In this document: one piece after another, positions 12,001 to 18,060 of the stretch
How positions within the stretch are numbered: position 1 is the first letter of the stretch
How the letters are laid out: the number at the start of each line of letters is the position of its first letter
Assembly (NCBI GenBank): GCA_041690355.1
Contig: JAWLHK010000002.1
Coordinates: 1-64,000, forward strand
DNA: 64,000 nucleotides
Source: a bacterium
GTDB lineage: Bacteria > J088 > JAWLBW01
Direction: 5' to 3'
Made by a program: the position numbers and the translations under genes
The notes under the pieces: model-generated
What the model was told of the DNA's origin: nothing
What the model saw: only the letters and a program-made list of their open reading frames with translations
Database searches by the model: none

Positions 12001-12794
12001 ACGTCCGCAACATGAGTGCTCCCACCCAGGTCGGTTACACGAGCGTCAGCTACGGCATGGCCATGCGCGATGGCGTGCAGGTGCGTGCCTACTCGACCTC
12101 GGTCTATGTCGACAAAGTGAGACCGTCGGGCGTTACACAAATCGGCTCGGCGACGTTTACAGGCTCATCCTTCCAGGACGTCGTCTTGCAGGGTCAGCGG
12201 GCGTATCTCGCTGATGGGGATTACGGGCTGCGCGTCGTAGACGTCTCTTCTGCGACGCCGTCCGGTATTTCCGTATGCCGCCCGACCGCCGTTGGCGCCT
12301 GCAGCACGACGGCTGATATCGTTGACGACTATCGGTATGTCGGAGTATCGGGACGCTATGCCTTCATCGGCGAGTTCGGTTCGAGCGGCCAGGTCTGGGC
12401 CATCGACATCGCGAATCCGGCGGCTCCGGATCCGGTTGCTGTCTACTCGCACGGGTCCTACGTCTACGCGACCTGCTTTACCGGATTTGACGCCGTCGTC
12501 GGAGCATCGGGCGCTCCGCGATGGGTACGGTTCGATCCGTCGACCGAGACGTTTACAGAAGTAGCGACCCTTACTGGTACGTATGCGTACGGCTGTTTCC
12601 GTTCGGGTAACTATCTTTACGTCGGTCAGAGCTCGGCCGGTGTCAATGTCTACGATGTGTCGAATGCGTCGTCGCCGACTCTCGCCGCAACGCTCGACAC
12701 GTCAGACAACGTATACGACATCATTCCGACAGCGAACATCCTGTACATCGGCGATTACGGCAACGGCCTGATCAGCGCCAAGATCGAACCCTGA
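3..12794 (+). CDS. Giant repetitive extracellular/surface protein, 5'-truncated (about 29 Ig-like repeats, two inserted FN3/Rossmann-like/nidogen-like cassettes, FN3 domain, C-terminal LVIVD beta-propeller repeats)
   Basis: Frame is open from nt 3 (SYTLSSATNGAYAIRV...), so the true start lies upstream of the window. A ~95-aa unit ending in xRDAAGN-like motifs recurs about 29 times. Two F-x-F-P-F-[FY]-G...NG-x-LSF nidogen-like segments, an FN3-like PTGLTA...VQLNW...YNVYY segment and LVIVD-like repeats (GLRIVDISNP, GLRVVDVS) are present. Confidence 0.9.
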   Translation, partial: SYTLSSATNGAYAIRVQYRDAADNRTACLPAQTVTLDNQAPATPSISINYGAPATSSGIVTLVLSATDAAEMRVSENSGFNDAAWVPYTAMRTFTLSAGNGTKTVYAEFRDAADNRSLVVNDDILLDTTSITTAYVTIQADVTSATEVVAQLVASNADYMKVSTQATLADATWVPYTGFTTATFTGPDGVKTLYARFKKSTGIETETVSDTYVLDTTKPNYSALSINGGALYTTSSQVTLSLTGIDETSGVQYMYLSEDQTFATDTEQGYQQAVVFPLTAGAGVKTLWVKFGDRARNYSDPVSAWVILDTDVPVVSSFQLEDVGGTALASSTSARVIAHLVATDTNPLEMMLSNRADFAGSSWQPYQEYVQWDLPASADANGAARTVYAKVRDAAGRSADAGNWTVTLDMQGPTSAGIDITPSATTTTTVPVTYAYASADFVELADNVGFSGSVVHAVSAAPATYTFASSGAGTKTLYARYWDAAGNVSVTVADSVVLDTAPPQLASATIQQGDYTSSPSINLTLSAVDAAWMYIGEGSCINGNAPGWEAYAESKAYAFASATEELKTIYIRFKDAAGNATATCLERTITYDKTPPAAVGSPILVDADAPFTNVRTVELTLSVSGASEMMISESGSFVGASWQEYAASLTWNLTTADGLKTVYAQFRDDAGNVYGAVSDQIELDTAPPAFNAMGAPSLTNSTAITLQISASGAAEMRFSENPDLSAVAWTAYDANPAFTLSGGDAEKTVYGQLRDAAGNESLVRSVAIRFDTEAPEPVRFALATAITASLDVEASLEATGATLMQISENPAFTSVLWREYSASPLVKLVAGPDGMRTVYVRFSDAAGNVSGALDASILLDRTAPSITDFQLAGASSYTRTELVYVTLAGSDGDTVADYMLSNNAGFVGGAWMPMTDTTSWVLEASDGLKNVYLKVRDRAGNQSSPSVRSITLDTTPPQGAFVQINGGAAYTTLPVVTVEPSVSGATHMMLSTRTDFQGATWVGAGAPTAFTFTTEGPKTVYARFRDAAGNVSETVSTSITYDATAPSVATVSLDEAPLSNSLSVTVRSNVSEAAQMWISDDAGFAVGSWQAYLPERAFPLTSSLDGDRMLYVKYRDAAGNEVSATPLPIRIDRTIPAVTSFALNSGLTHTQTSVVNVALDATDLNGVTDMMLAENSSFVGGMWEPFTTATAWILSGTDDDKTLYLKVRDAAGNESLVSQALITLDTTPPANPALAINGGAAYATSRILNLAPSAIGATEMIVSNRSDFTDTNWVAYATSTTIEVPADGLRNVYVRFRDAAGNLSDVAQDSIQVDTVFPEVDSVRINQAPVTNSTAITLTLSVSGADQVQISESSTFSGATWKSFVANASHTLATGADGVRIVYVRFRDLAGNTTAASTASVSIDRTAPTGTSIAINGGATHTVQQLVTLTLGATDAAEMILSEYDTFVDAAWEPFAQQKAFLLSSAQGTKTVYARFRDAVGNVSGLVQAVIEYDSQAPQTPSVSVVTPVDGYANSVVVSLILSAANATSMIVSESSAFTDATWQPYAANVAFTLSNQQGSHTVYAMFKDDAGNETAIVSDSVILDSNAPSVSQVSIDEGEFATAGNIHLTLFATGADTMKIGETSDMGLIVSQPYASVTAFDLSAGDGVKTVYVEFADTAGNTTPVYARVITLDTVKPAAPTVAINGGAGYARSRVVTLALGSDGSAHEMMISEDPLFGGAAWQLYNGSLAYTLQTADDGTKTVHVRYRDEAGNVSDSGSASIQLDTVAPESPFVAKANVPYDYANSTSVTMLLGAAGASHYRLSVDGTFDTETWQAMGVSPVNAVAAVPSGDGLKNVWAQFKDQAGNESTIAQTSFFLDTLLPQGVDVQFLQGSYSKSATVDVLLTAAGADFYELSLDGTFDTEPRLNFQPAVRLILPGADGLKSVWVRYSDRADNFATPVSASIVLDRAAPVVAGGGIVINDGDAYATNAVVALTFMVSGASEMHVANDPKFSTGTWEPVTTSTAWVLTTLDGNKTVHVKFRDEAGNVAGPFNDSIILDTSAPSNSGLTLAEGGYSNKAFVKLNWSPSHEGNIFEYRLFVNDGFGYSGPVSDFAPDAREAVMIGYRYSDSFALRSKFTDLTRSALSRAAVEDDEVLATHPKFMLVVDQDDGQTTTENIVIPQIEALGYTPDIWTAPPTWMGSSGLTAAQLAQYQLVVWNNPQGSLSLEDLNLLDGYTQGGGNLFLIAPSLPSNWGGSGLQFVDETLGILGPDWTSGGGGAGGSSTTLYGIGEAVGDGVSFEPQRMSWAWQTPILKDTSVAATLADTNGAVYGIRSPKSGDATSRVLFQSYPLESLMYSNTVSTFVEVPVSWREPGTDIGWIYDQDRAEYTWFDFGFPFFGDYYTYTYFNANGSLSFDYTWYMDPSAYTTPIPSSNMPNRLIAPLRRDLMFGPTSRMYINRQSDVFTMTWSQMQDYGGANTSTVQTSLFPDGTIEFTYAQTTTGPATVIGIEDGTGTRGVTLPVEAYTGRTFRYSIPIDPDFAAYLQRSIRWLSAPEAVTKTPVPYVTILPSAVGATEMQISIDGTFDDEEWIPYTTEVPNMVLPPGGGSQTIYIRYRDEAGNVSVVSSASSTLDYIAPSAGSVVVDGGAAYTKAADGKVTLTLSATDSGSGVSKVILSSTDTFPESARQDYKTSLSYVLSSASEGTHWVWARFIDAADNYSDPVSTSIIMDRTAPTPSSISIAGGVAKTNERVVTVALSASDNYVVAEMQLSESSTFTGASWQSYAETASFTLSNGEGTKRVYVRFRDGAGNVSATLSDTVELDQTAPESPSISIAEGQLTNNTSGVIAWNPVAQPGVEGYTVYTCDNWCGNVGTPISTVDVDADASFWVPALPVNDYSKGYVVVTRYADGSTSQASPEAYFPWQPVSQGKPLLVVDDDGDQGATELLLADLDALGYAYEVIEVQPGLDGPSQMVLNEYHVILWSAGNDPAPLTMNDEYALYNVGWEDHTIVLLAPGYVANPTYSWMSNELLGAYTYGSVPSGGVVTGTTEFGFAADASFRPVWSGSNLGAFSAYYDWRMRPMLKRGSDIVALGTRWYGENRRTFPIGFSYAELATRAAGYEQVPYHWGLTPSDTGIHSDDYGKSFPLPFTFPFYGGYFDIVNVTTNGFLSFQSQNLSAYSPPPLPGAGTPNAVLALLWRDLNNYTLGDIKYASYPDAFTVAYLGVPNYGTSVTNSFQVTLRPNGEITYSYATVTVKNPTEIGIENLDGTEAVRYDIGALGLPPDGSSWSFFSKVSDPTRKQFLKELLQYGTPPRRVRRTELPTLTLQLNAVGATEMQISTDGVFDDEPWIAYQDEIEYTLPDGQGTKYVYVRYRDEAGNETVVVSEYTVIDTVAPYPEYPIINNGAQYTNSRFLTIQTPATEATRMAISENWDFAGAVSQPWAPTATYVLSSNAQGYRYVYVRYYDDAGNFTDRNTYIIFDEIAPENPLFATASQTVNATSLTVSLVSNTPRTGEAYFNSYQLKGGQYSTWTNVSSSSGATPPSWSINLNEGENRIYVRAKDHAGNVSAEDSITIIRDTTTPNVPTGLTADSGNGFVQLNWTASTSSDVVYYNVYYGITSTNLTGSFAAEGPSPVDAGLKIAQRLNGLTNNTPFYVAVSAVDRVGLESARTTAIKVLPNPITPVELASTSVTSGLGLSYDHPYLAQVRSTQVVIEDRSDIVNPQSYLTISGTDIRAARLDWPIVYLVDHIGAGSDWLRVYDVSAGTASNIQNHFMSDVPMAMSVTAGAVVVATASELKYYQRSANGTVSLANSLPLSYSNTSAIACAPGLCLVTRSGTTYNMYAYDTRNATPSFSLYGTVNMGAYSRGIRIAGSHAYVAAGTIGLRIVDISNPSSMSVVGGLSTANAYSVEVQGPYAYVGDHSDKRVTIVDIGTPTSVRVAGVYEWTTTSAPYSIAVHGNHMFVGQAGYTKVVELSKPVVVSPQTNYTGAYTSMFGRLALDGTYLASGYISRSEVVDVRNMSAPTQVGYTSVSYGMAMRDGVQVRAYSTSVYVDKVRPSGVTQIGSATFTGSSFQDVVLQGQRAYLADGDYGLRVVDVSSATPSGISVCRPTAVGACSTTADIVDDYRYVGVSGRYAFIGEFGSSGQVWAIDIANPAAPDPVAVYSHGSYVYATCFTGFDAVVGASGAPRWVRFDPSTETFTEVATLTGTYAYGCFRSGNYLYVGQSSAGVNVYDVSNASSPTLAATLDTSDNVYDIIPTANILYIGDYGNGLISAKIEP

Positions 12795-12814
12795 CGTACA
12801 AGGAACCCGATAAC

Positions 12815-12853
12815 AAAGGGCGCGCCGGAATGTTCTCCGGTGCGCCCTTTTTT
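12815..12853 (+). terminator. Rho-independent terminator
   Basis: AAAGGGCGCGCCGGA-atgttc-TCCGGTGCGCCCTTT-TTT, 20 nt after the stop of the giant gene. Confidence 0.85.
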
Positions 12854-12857
12854 CGGC

Positions 12858-13088
12858 TCAGTTCCACACGTCTCGAAACGAGGCCAGGACCGGCTCGAGA
12901 CCGGTGGCGACGGCGCAGGCGAATTCGAGATCGCCTTCGACTTCGATCTGGTAGCAGCCCGTGATTCCGTCCCGGGAAATGGACCAGCCGAGCAACATGC
13001 CGTGCGTCAGCATTTCGCGCTCGAGAAAGCGGTGGTCGACTGCGTCGGGAACGAGAAACCAGCGATGGCCTGCGCCGTTGATTTTCAT
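12858..13088 (-). CDS. Small hypothetical protein (~76 aa)
   Basis: ORF MKINGAGHRWFLVPDAVD... with protein-like composition fills the gap downstream of the kinase. No motif recognised. Confidence 0.45.
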   Translation of the reverse strand: MKINGAGHRWFLVPDAVDHRFLEREMLTHGMLLGWSISRDGITGCYQIEVEGDLEFACAVATGLEPVLASFRDVWN

Positions 13089-13160
13089 GAGTGGCTCGTG
13101 CGTGCAGGATAGTCGATCCAGCACTCCTGCCCGGTGTCCGCGCGGCGGCACGGCAGCGGG

Positions 13161-14831
13161 TCACTGGCCGGGGGCCTCGTTTGAAACCGCGGGGATCTCG
13201 ACGGTGAACCGCGTGCCGCCCCCTTCGCGCGCGGCGACCTGCACGTCGCCGCCGTGCTGGCGCACGATCTGGCGCGTGATGAAGAGCCCGATGCCGAGAC
13301 CGCCGAAATCGTGCGGCGTATCGGTATGGGCCCGGTAGAAGGGCTGAAACAGATGCTCCATCTTTTCGGCCGGAATACCGACGCCGCGGTCGCTGACGGT
13401 CACGCGCCAGATTCCCTCGATCACATCGGTTTCGACATTGATGGCGCCCCCCTCAGGAGAATACTTGACGGCGTTCTGAAGAAGATTTCCGAGCGCCTGC
13501 CGCAACCGCAGGCGATCGCCGGCGATAATCGAGGGCTCGCCCTGCCGGTACTTCAGTGCGTGTCGCGAAGTGGTTACCGCCTGCTCGCTCACGACCTCGC
13601 GCAGCAGTTCTTCGGCATCGAACGGCTTGACGTCGAGTACGTAGCGGGTGTTCATGCTCTGGAGTTTCAATGCGTCCAGCAGATCGGTCACCAGACGGCC
13701 CATCCGGTCGGCCCCCTGAACGATGGCCTGCAGAGAGGCGGCCGTGACCGGCTCGCCCTTCACGAGCCTGCCTGTCAGCGCCTGCGCGTAACCGCGCATG
13801 ACCGCGATGGGGGTGCGCAGTTCGTGCGCCGCCACCCGCAGGAACTGGTCCTTGAGGCGGTTCAATTCCTCGAGTTCGGTGATGTCGCGCCAGACCGCGA
13901 CCAGACCGGTGACGCTGCCGTCGGGGGCGCGCAGCGGCGAAGCGCTCGTGCGGAAATGCCGCTCGCCGCCCCGGACGGTAACCAGGATATCTTCATTCAG
14001 GACCGTTTCTCCGCGCAGGGCCCGCGCGCCGGGCAGACGATCGCGCTCCGGAGTGCTGCCGTCTGGAAGCTTGACGGGACCGAGCTGCGCCTCGATCTGC
14101 TCATTCGTCACCGGCCCCTCGATGGGAAGCCCCAGCAGCAGTCGCCCCGCGCGGTTCAGCAGGGTCACCCGGCCGGCGGTGTCCATTGCCAGAACGCTGT
14201 CGACCATGTTGTCGAGCACGGCCGTCAGGGCTTGCGCACGTTCCTGGGCCAACGTCTTTGCTCGGCGCAGGGCGTCGCCCTCGAGCGCCAGCGATACCAT
14301 GTCTGAGATCGCCATCGCGAAGGCCGCCTCTTCATCGGTCCAGTTTCGGAGCGAACCGACATGTTCGTTGCAGAGGATGCCGACGACTTCACCGTCGCGC
14401 CAGATGGGCACGTCGAGCAGCGACGCGATCCGGAGGGGGCGCAGGTAGCCTTCGGCGAATTCCGAAGTCCGGGAATCATTGCGGGCGTCGGGCGCACGGA
14501 TGTGACGCCAGGCATGCAAGGCCCGAAAATAACGAGGATAGTCGGCCTCCTTGACGCAGGTGCCCGGGGTTGAAAATTCACCGCGGTCGAGAAGCAGCGT
14601 CTGGCGCATCGAGCCCTTGCCCGGATCGAAAAACCACAAGCCCACCCGGGTCACGCGTAGTGATCCGGCGACCGAGGTCAGAATGGCGCGGATCGACTCC
14701 TCGAAGTTGTCCCGCTGGGCGCGAGCCAGATCGTAGAGCACCTTCTCGAACCGGAGGCGGTCTCCGTTTTCCGAGGCGTGCCTGTCTTCGGCGGGCGCCT
14801 GCGCCATCGCACCGGATCCATTTTTCCTCAT
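13161..14831 (-). CDS. GAF-PAS sensor histidine kinase
   Basis: N-terminal GAF (LLDVPIWRDGEVVGILCNEH), PAS, H-box AAHELRTP, N-box NLLQNAVKY, G1 DRGVG, G2 GLGIGL. Alternative start at 14807. Confidence 0.92.
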   Translation of the reverse strand: MRKNGSGAMAQAPAEDRHASENGDRLRFEKVLYDLARAQRDNFEESIRAILTSVAGSLRVTRVGLWFFDPGKGSMRQTLLLDRGEFSTPGTCVKEADYPRYFRALHAWRHIRAPDARNDSRTSEFAEGYLRPLRIASLLDVPIWRDGEVVGILCNEHVGSLRNWTDEEAAFAMAISDMVSLALEGDALRRAKTLAQERAQALTAVLDNMVDSVLAMDTAGRVTLLNRAGRLLLGLPIEGPVTNEQIEAQLGPVKLPDGSTPERDRLPGARALRGETVLNEDILVTVRGGERHFRTSASPLRAPDGSVTGLVAVWRDITELEELNRLKDQFLRVAAHELRTPIAVMRGYAQALTGRLVKGEPVTAASLQAIVQGADRMGRLVTDLLDALKLQSMNTRYVLDVKPFDAEELLREVVSEQAVTTSRHALKYRQGEPSIIAGDRLRLRQALGNLLQNAVKYSPEGGAINVETDVIEGIWRVTVSDRGVGIPAEKMEHLFQPFYRAHTDTPHDFGGLGIGLFITRQIVRQHGGDVQVAAREGGGTRFTVEIPAVSNEAPGQ

Positions 14832-14945
14832 CCTGTCCTATGATGAGTCAGATCGACATCACGCGGTCACCGAGAACGCACGACGGGCAAGGGCCTGCCT
14901 TCGCGGTCGCAGGGAACAGCACCCGCAGGAGGGGTGGGGGAAATC

Positions 14946-15365
14946 ATGGAAGCCCAGGAGCCGCAGCCGCATCGGGCGGATGCACGGGAGGCGCAGCCGC
15001 CGGCGCGTATTCTGCTCGTCGAAGACGACGCCGACGTCGCCGGTATGATTCGCTTCATTCTCGAGAGCGAGCGCTATGAGGTCGCTCATGCCGCGAACGG
15101 GCGCGAAGCGCTCGAGCTGCTCCGGGGAGCATCGGCCGCGGGGTCGCCGGAGCTCATCCTGCTCGACATGAAAATGCCGGTCATGGATGGCCGCGAGTTC
15201 GCGCGCCGCCTGCGTGAGGGGCCGGGCCCCCATCCCCCCATCGTCATTCTGACCGCGGCGGTCGAGGCGCAGGCGCTGGCGCACGAGGTCGGCGCCGACG
15301 CCTGGCTGGGAAAACCGTTCGACGTCGACGCCCTGACGGAGATCGCGCGGCGCATGACGCCTTGA
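14946..15365 (+). CDS. Single-domain response regulator (receiver)
   Basis: ILLVEDD, LLDMKMPVMDG, ILTA and KPF receiver motifs. Divergent from the kinase. Confidence 0.92.
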   Translation: MEAQEPQPHRADAREAQPPARILLVEDDADVAGMIRFILESERYEVAHAANGREALELLRGASAAGSPELILLDMKMPVMDGREFARRLREGPGPHPPIVILTAAVEAQALAHEVGADAWLGKPFDVDALTEIARRMTP

Positions 15366-15395
15366 GGAGGGAGCGGGTAGAACCCGGTTGGCCCG

Positions 15396-15797
15396 TCAAT
15401 CGGCGTTCTGGTCGGCGTAGCCCAAGGGCCCACCCGCATCTTCGGGCGGGATGTCCCGGTCGCCTTCGACGAGGTTGAACTCGCCCGGGTCAGCCGTGAT
15501 GGTTTCGACGGTGACGTCGAGCTCCCACTCCAGTTCGGCGCCGTAACGGTAGACCATGCGCACCCGGGGCCGGGGCGCGATCGCCTCGAGACGGGTCTTG
15601 CGGGCATTGGCGCGCCGCTCCCCAGGGGGTCCGTACAGAGAGCCCCGGATTTCAAATTCCCAATCTTCCTGACCGCTCCAGCCGAGCATGGTGTGGAGAT
15701 ACGCGTGAAGATCGGCGAGGGTGGCCCGTGAGGGGGCCGCGATACGCCGCCAGACGGGGGGCTGTATGCCTTCGAAGCGGAGGTTCAGTTCGTGCAT
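15396..15797 (-). CDS. Plasmid pRiA4b ORF-3-like family protein
   Basis: PPVWRRIAAP...TLADLH...LGW, YRYG...W and PPEDAGG motifs typical of this family. Confidence 0.8.
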   Translation of the reverse strand: MHELNLRFEGIQPPVWRRIAAPSRATLADLHAYLHTMLGWSGQEDWEFEIRGSLYGPPGERRANARKTRLEAIAPRPRVRMVYRYGAELEWELDVTVETITADPGEFNLVEGDRDIPPEDAGGPLGYADQNAD

Positions 15798-15800
15798 GGC

Positions 15801-17138
15801 TCAGGGAGTCTTTCGGCCCCGGGACCTGCGGCGGATCTGCTCGATCAGGTCTCCCTGGGCGATCTGGAAATCGTAGAGGTGCAGCCCCAGGCCGCTGTTC
15901 GCCAGCATGCCGTCGAGGTCGAGCGGGTCGCCGCGCAGGTCGCCGCCCGGCGGTGCGTGGAGGCCGACGGCCAGATGGGGTCCGCCCAGCGGATCGTTCC
16001 GGCAGGCCGTCGTGTACCGCCCGGGGAGATGCTGGGCGGCGGGATCGGTTCGCGGGCCGGCGTGCAGAAACGAGAAGAGATCGACGAGGTACGTGGCCGC
16101 GGCAAGGCGCAACGCCCCGGCATCGACGGGCGCTCCTGCGCCGTCGGTCGCCTGGGTCGCGTCGACGGGTGCGCCGACGGCCGGGTTGATGCAGGCGATT
16201 TCGTCGCCGTCGCGATCCATCTCGCGGTGCAGGAGCCCCTCGGCGGCGAGCACGGCGTCGGCGCCCCGGCCCCACCCGCCGTCGAAGGCGAACCCTTCGG
16301 GGTAGCTGCGGAAGTGGATGACGCACCCCCACTCGTCGCCCGCGTCGCAGAGGGGAAGATCGGAGAAGCTGCCCCCCACGCGCGCGCCGCGCGGCGTGAA
16401 GACGCCGAAGCCGATCGGAAGCGCGAGCACGAGCCGTTCGCGCAGCTCGCGGCTGCGGCGGCTCCCCGCGATGGCCGTCACGAAGCGATCGCCGTCAAAG
16501 TAGCCATGCAGGAGATACGACGCCATCTGCGCGCCCTGCGAGTGGCCGATGATGACGAGGGGGCGCCCCTGATTCCACGTCGCCAGGTAGTATTCAAAGG
16601 CGGCGGCCACGTCGGCGAAGGCGCGTCTGAAGTAGAAGGCCCCCGTCTCGGGCGCCTCGGCATAGGCGCCGAACGTGCCCTGCCGGTAGTACGGCGCAAA
16701 GACCCGGCAGGCGGCGCTGAAGGGGCCCGCCTGGGTCGTCACGGTGCGCGCGGGGAGCCGCACGTTGGTCATGTCGTCGTGGTTCGCCGACTGCAGCACG
16801 TTGAAATCGACGGTCGGGTAGATGTAAAAGCAGTCGACCGTGGGCGCCACGGCCGGGCGCAGCACGAAGTCGGTCTCCGTGCCGTCGGTGAGCCGCCGGG
16901 CCATCGGATAGTCGCGGTGACAGCGGTCGCCTTCGCGTCCGCTGCAGGCCCAGTACTCCTCGCGGGAGTAATCCAGCGAGGCGCGGCCGGCGGCGCGCTC
17001 CAGGCTGGCGGCATAGCCGGCGGGCCCACCGGCGGGGACCGGCGTCGCGGCCGTCACGGGACCTGCCCCGCAGGCGCCGGAAAGGTTGCCCGCGAGGGCA
17101 AGGAGCAGGATGCGAATCCCGGAGGAGTGGTTCTGCAT
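15801..17138 (-). CDS. DUF3089-type alpha/beta-hydrolase lipoprotein
   Basis: VDCFYIYPTV, VFAPYYRQ, DVAAAFEYYL, GHSQG nucleophile elbow, GLHLYDF. Signal peptide/lipobox LSGAC. Start chosen at the ATG 7 nt after a TATCGT -10 box. Confidence 0.82.
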   Translation of the reverse strand: MQNHSSGIRILLLALAGNLSGACGAGPVTAATPVPAGGPAGYAASLERAAGRASLDYSREEYWACSGREGDRCHRDYPMARRLTDGTETDFVLRPAVAPTVDCFYIYPTVDFNVLQSANHDDMTNVRLPARTVTTQAGPFSAACRVFAPYYRQGTFGAYAEAPETGAFYFRRAFADVAAAFEYYLATWNQGRPLVIIGHSQGAQMASYLLHGYFDGDRFVTAIAGSRRSRELRERLVLALPIGFGVFTPRGARVGGSFSDLPLCDAGDEWGCVIHFRSYPEGFAFDGGWGRGADAVLAAEGLLHREMDRDGDEIACINPAVGAPVDATQATDGAGAPVDAGALRLAAATYLVDLFSFLHAGPRTDPAAQHLPGRYTTACRNDPLGGPHLAVGLHAPPGGDLRGDPLDLDGMLANSGLGLHLYDFQIAQGDLIEQIRRRSRGRKTP

Positions 17139-17277
17139 GAAGGACACGATACCACGGGGGCCGCACCGACGCCGAATCGGAAGCCCCGCGCCCGGCCGGC
17201 GGGGGAAGTGTCGGCGAGGGGAGTGCCGGCGAGCGGTCGCGCTCACGGCCGTAGTCCATCCGGTGCATCCTGAACGC

Positions 17278-18051
17278 ATGGGTACGGTCGGACGAGTGTT
17301 CGTGTGGGCCATCTGTCTGATCGCTTCGACCGTCCTGCAGGGCGGAGCGGCGCCGGTCTGGGGGCGGGAGTGGCGCGTGCAGCTCGAACCGACCCGTCCG
17401 CCGTGGGAGCGTGCCGAAGGTCCGCCCGGCGAAGAGGCCGGGCAGCCGACGCCCCCCGCAGACACTTCGCCGCAGCCGCCTGCAGAAGCGCCCGAGCTAC
17501 CGCCGGCGCAACCGCCCGCGCAAGCGGAAGAAACGCCCCGGGAGGACCAGACCCTGGTTCCCGAAGGGATGCCGCCGGGAGAGGAAGAGGGGCCGGCGGC
17601 CGGTGACGAGGCGCCTGAGGAGCAGGTGACCGTCTCGCTCGCGCAGAGCGTCCAGGAACTCATCCGCGCCCGTTTTCCCGACCTTGTCACGACGGTGAGC
17701 GCCGACGTAGACGAGAACCTCGTGGAGCTCTACGGAACCACCGACCGGCTGTCGCGAAGTATCGCCCTCCAGGATGCCGTGCAGAACCTTCCCGGCAATA
17801 AACTCGTCGTCAACCGCATCGAGGTCAAGGCCCCGGAGCGCTCCGACCGGATCATTGCGGCCGAGGTTCGCGGCCTGCTTCGCGCCAATGAATCGCTCGG
17901 CGACCTGCCCATCGATGTGCGGGTCGAAGATCAGGTCGTGTTTCTCGAAGGGCGGGTGCCGACGGAAATCTTCGAGGAGCTGGCCCGTGAGCAGGCTGCC
18001 GAGGTGGCCGGGGTGCGGGCCGTCGAAAGTCGGCTGCGCACGGCGCTCTAA
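17278..18051 (+). CDS. Secreted BON-domain protein with Pro/Glu-rich linker
   Basis: Signal peptide, low-complexity linker, two BON-like units (SDRIIAAEVRGLL...IDVRVEDQVVFLEG...GVRAVESRL). Confidence 0.82.
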   Translation: MGTVGRVFVWAICLIASTVLQGGAAPVWGREWRVQLEPTRPPWERAEGPPGEEAGQPTPPADTSPQPPAEAPELPPAQPPAQAEETPREDQTLVPEGMPPGEEEGPAAGDEAPEEQVTVSLAQSVQELIRARFPDLVTTVSADVDENLVELYGTTDRLSRSIALQDAVQNLPGNKLVVNRIEVKAPERSDRIIAAEVRGLLRANESLGDLPIDVRVEDQVVFLEGRVPTEIFEELAREQAAEVAGVRAVESRLRTAL

Positions 18052-18060
18052 CCGCGTGTT

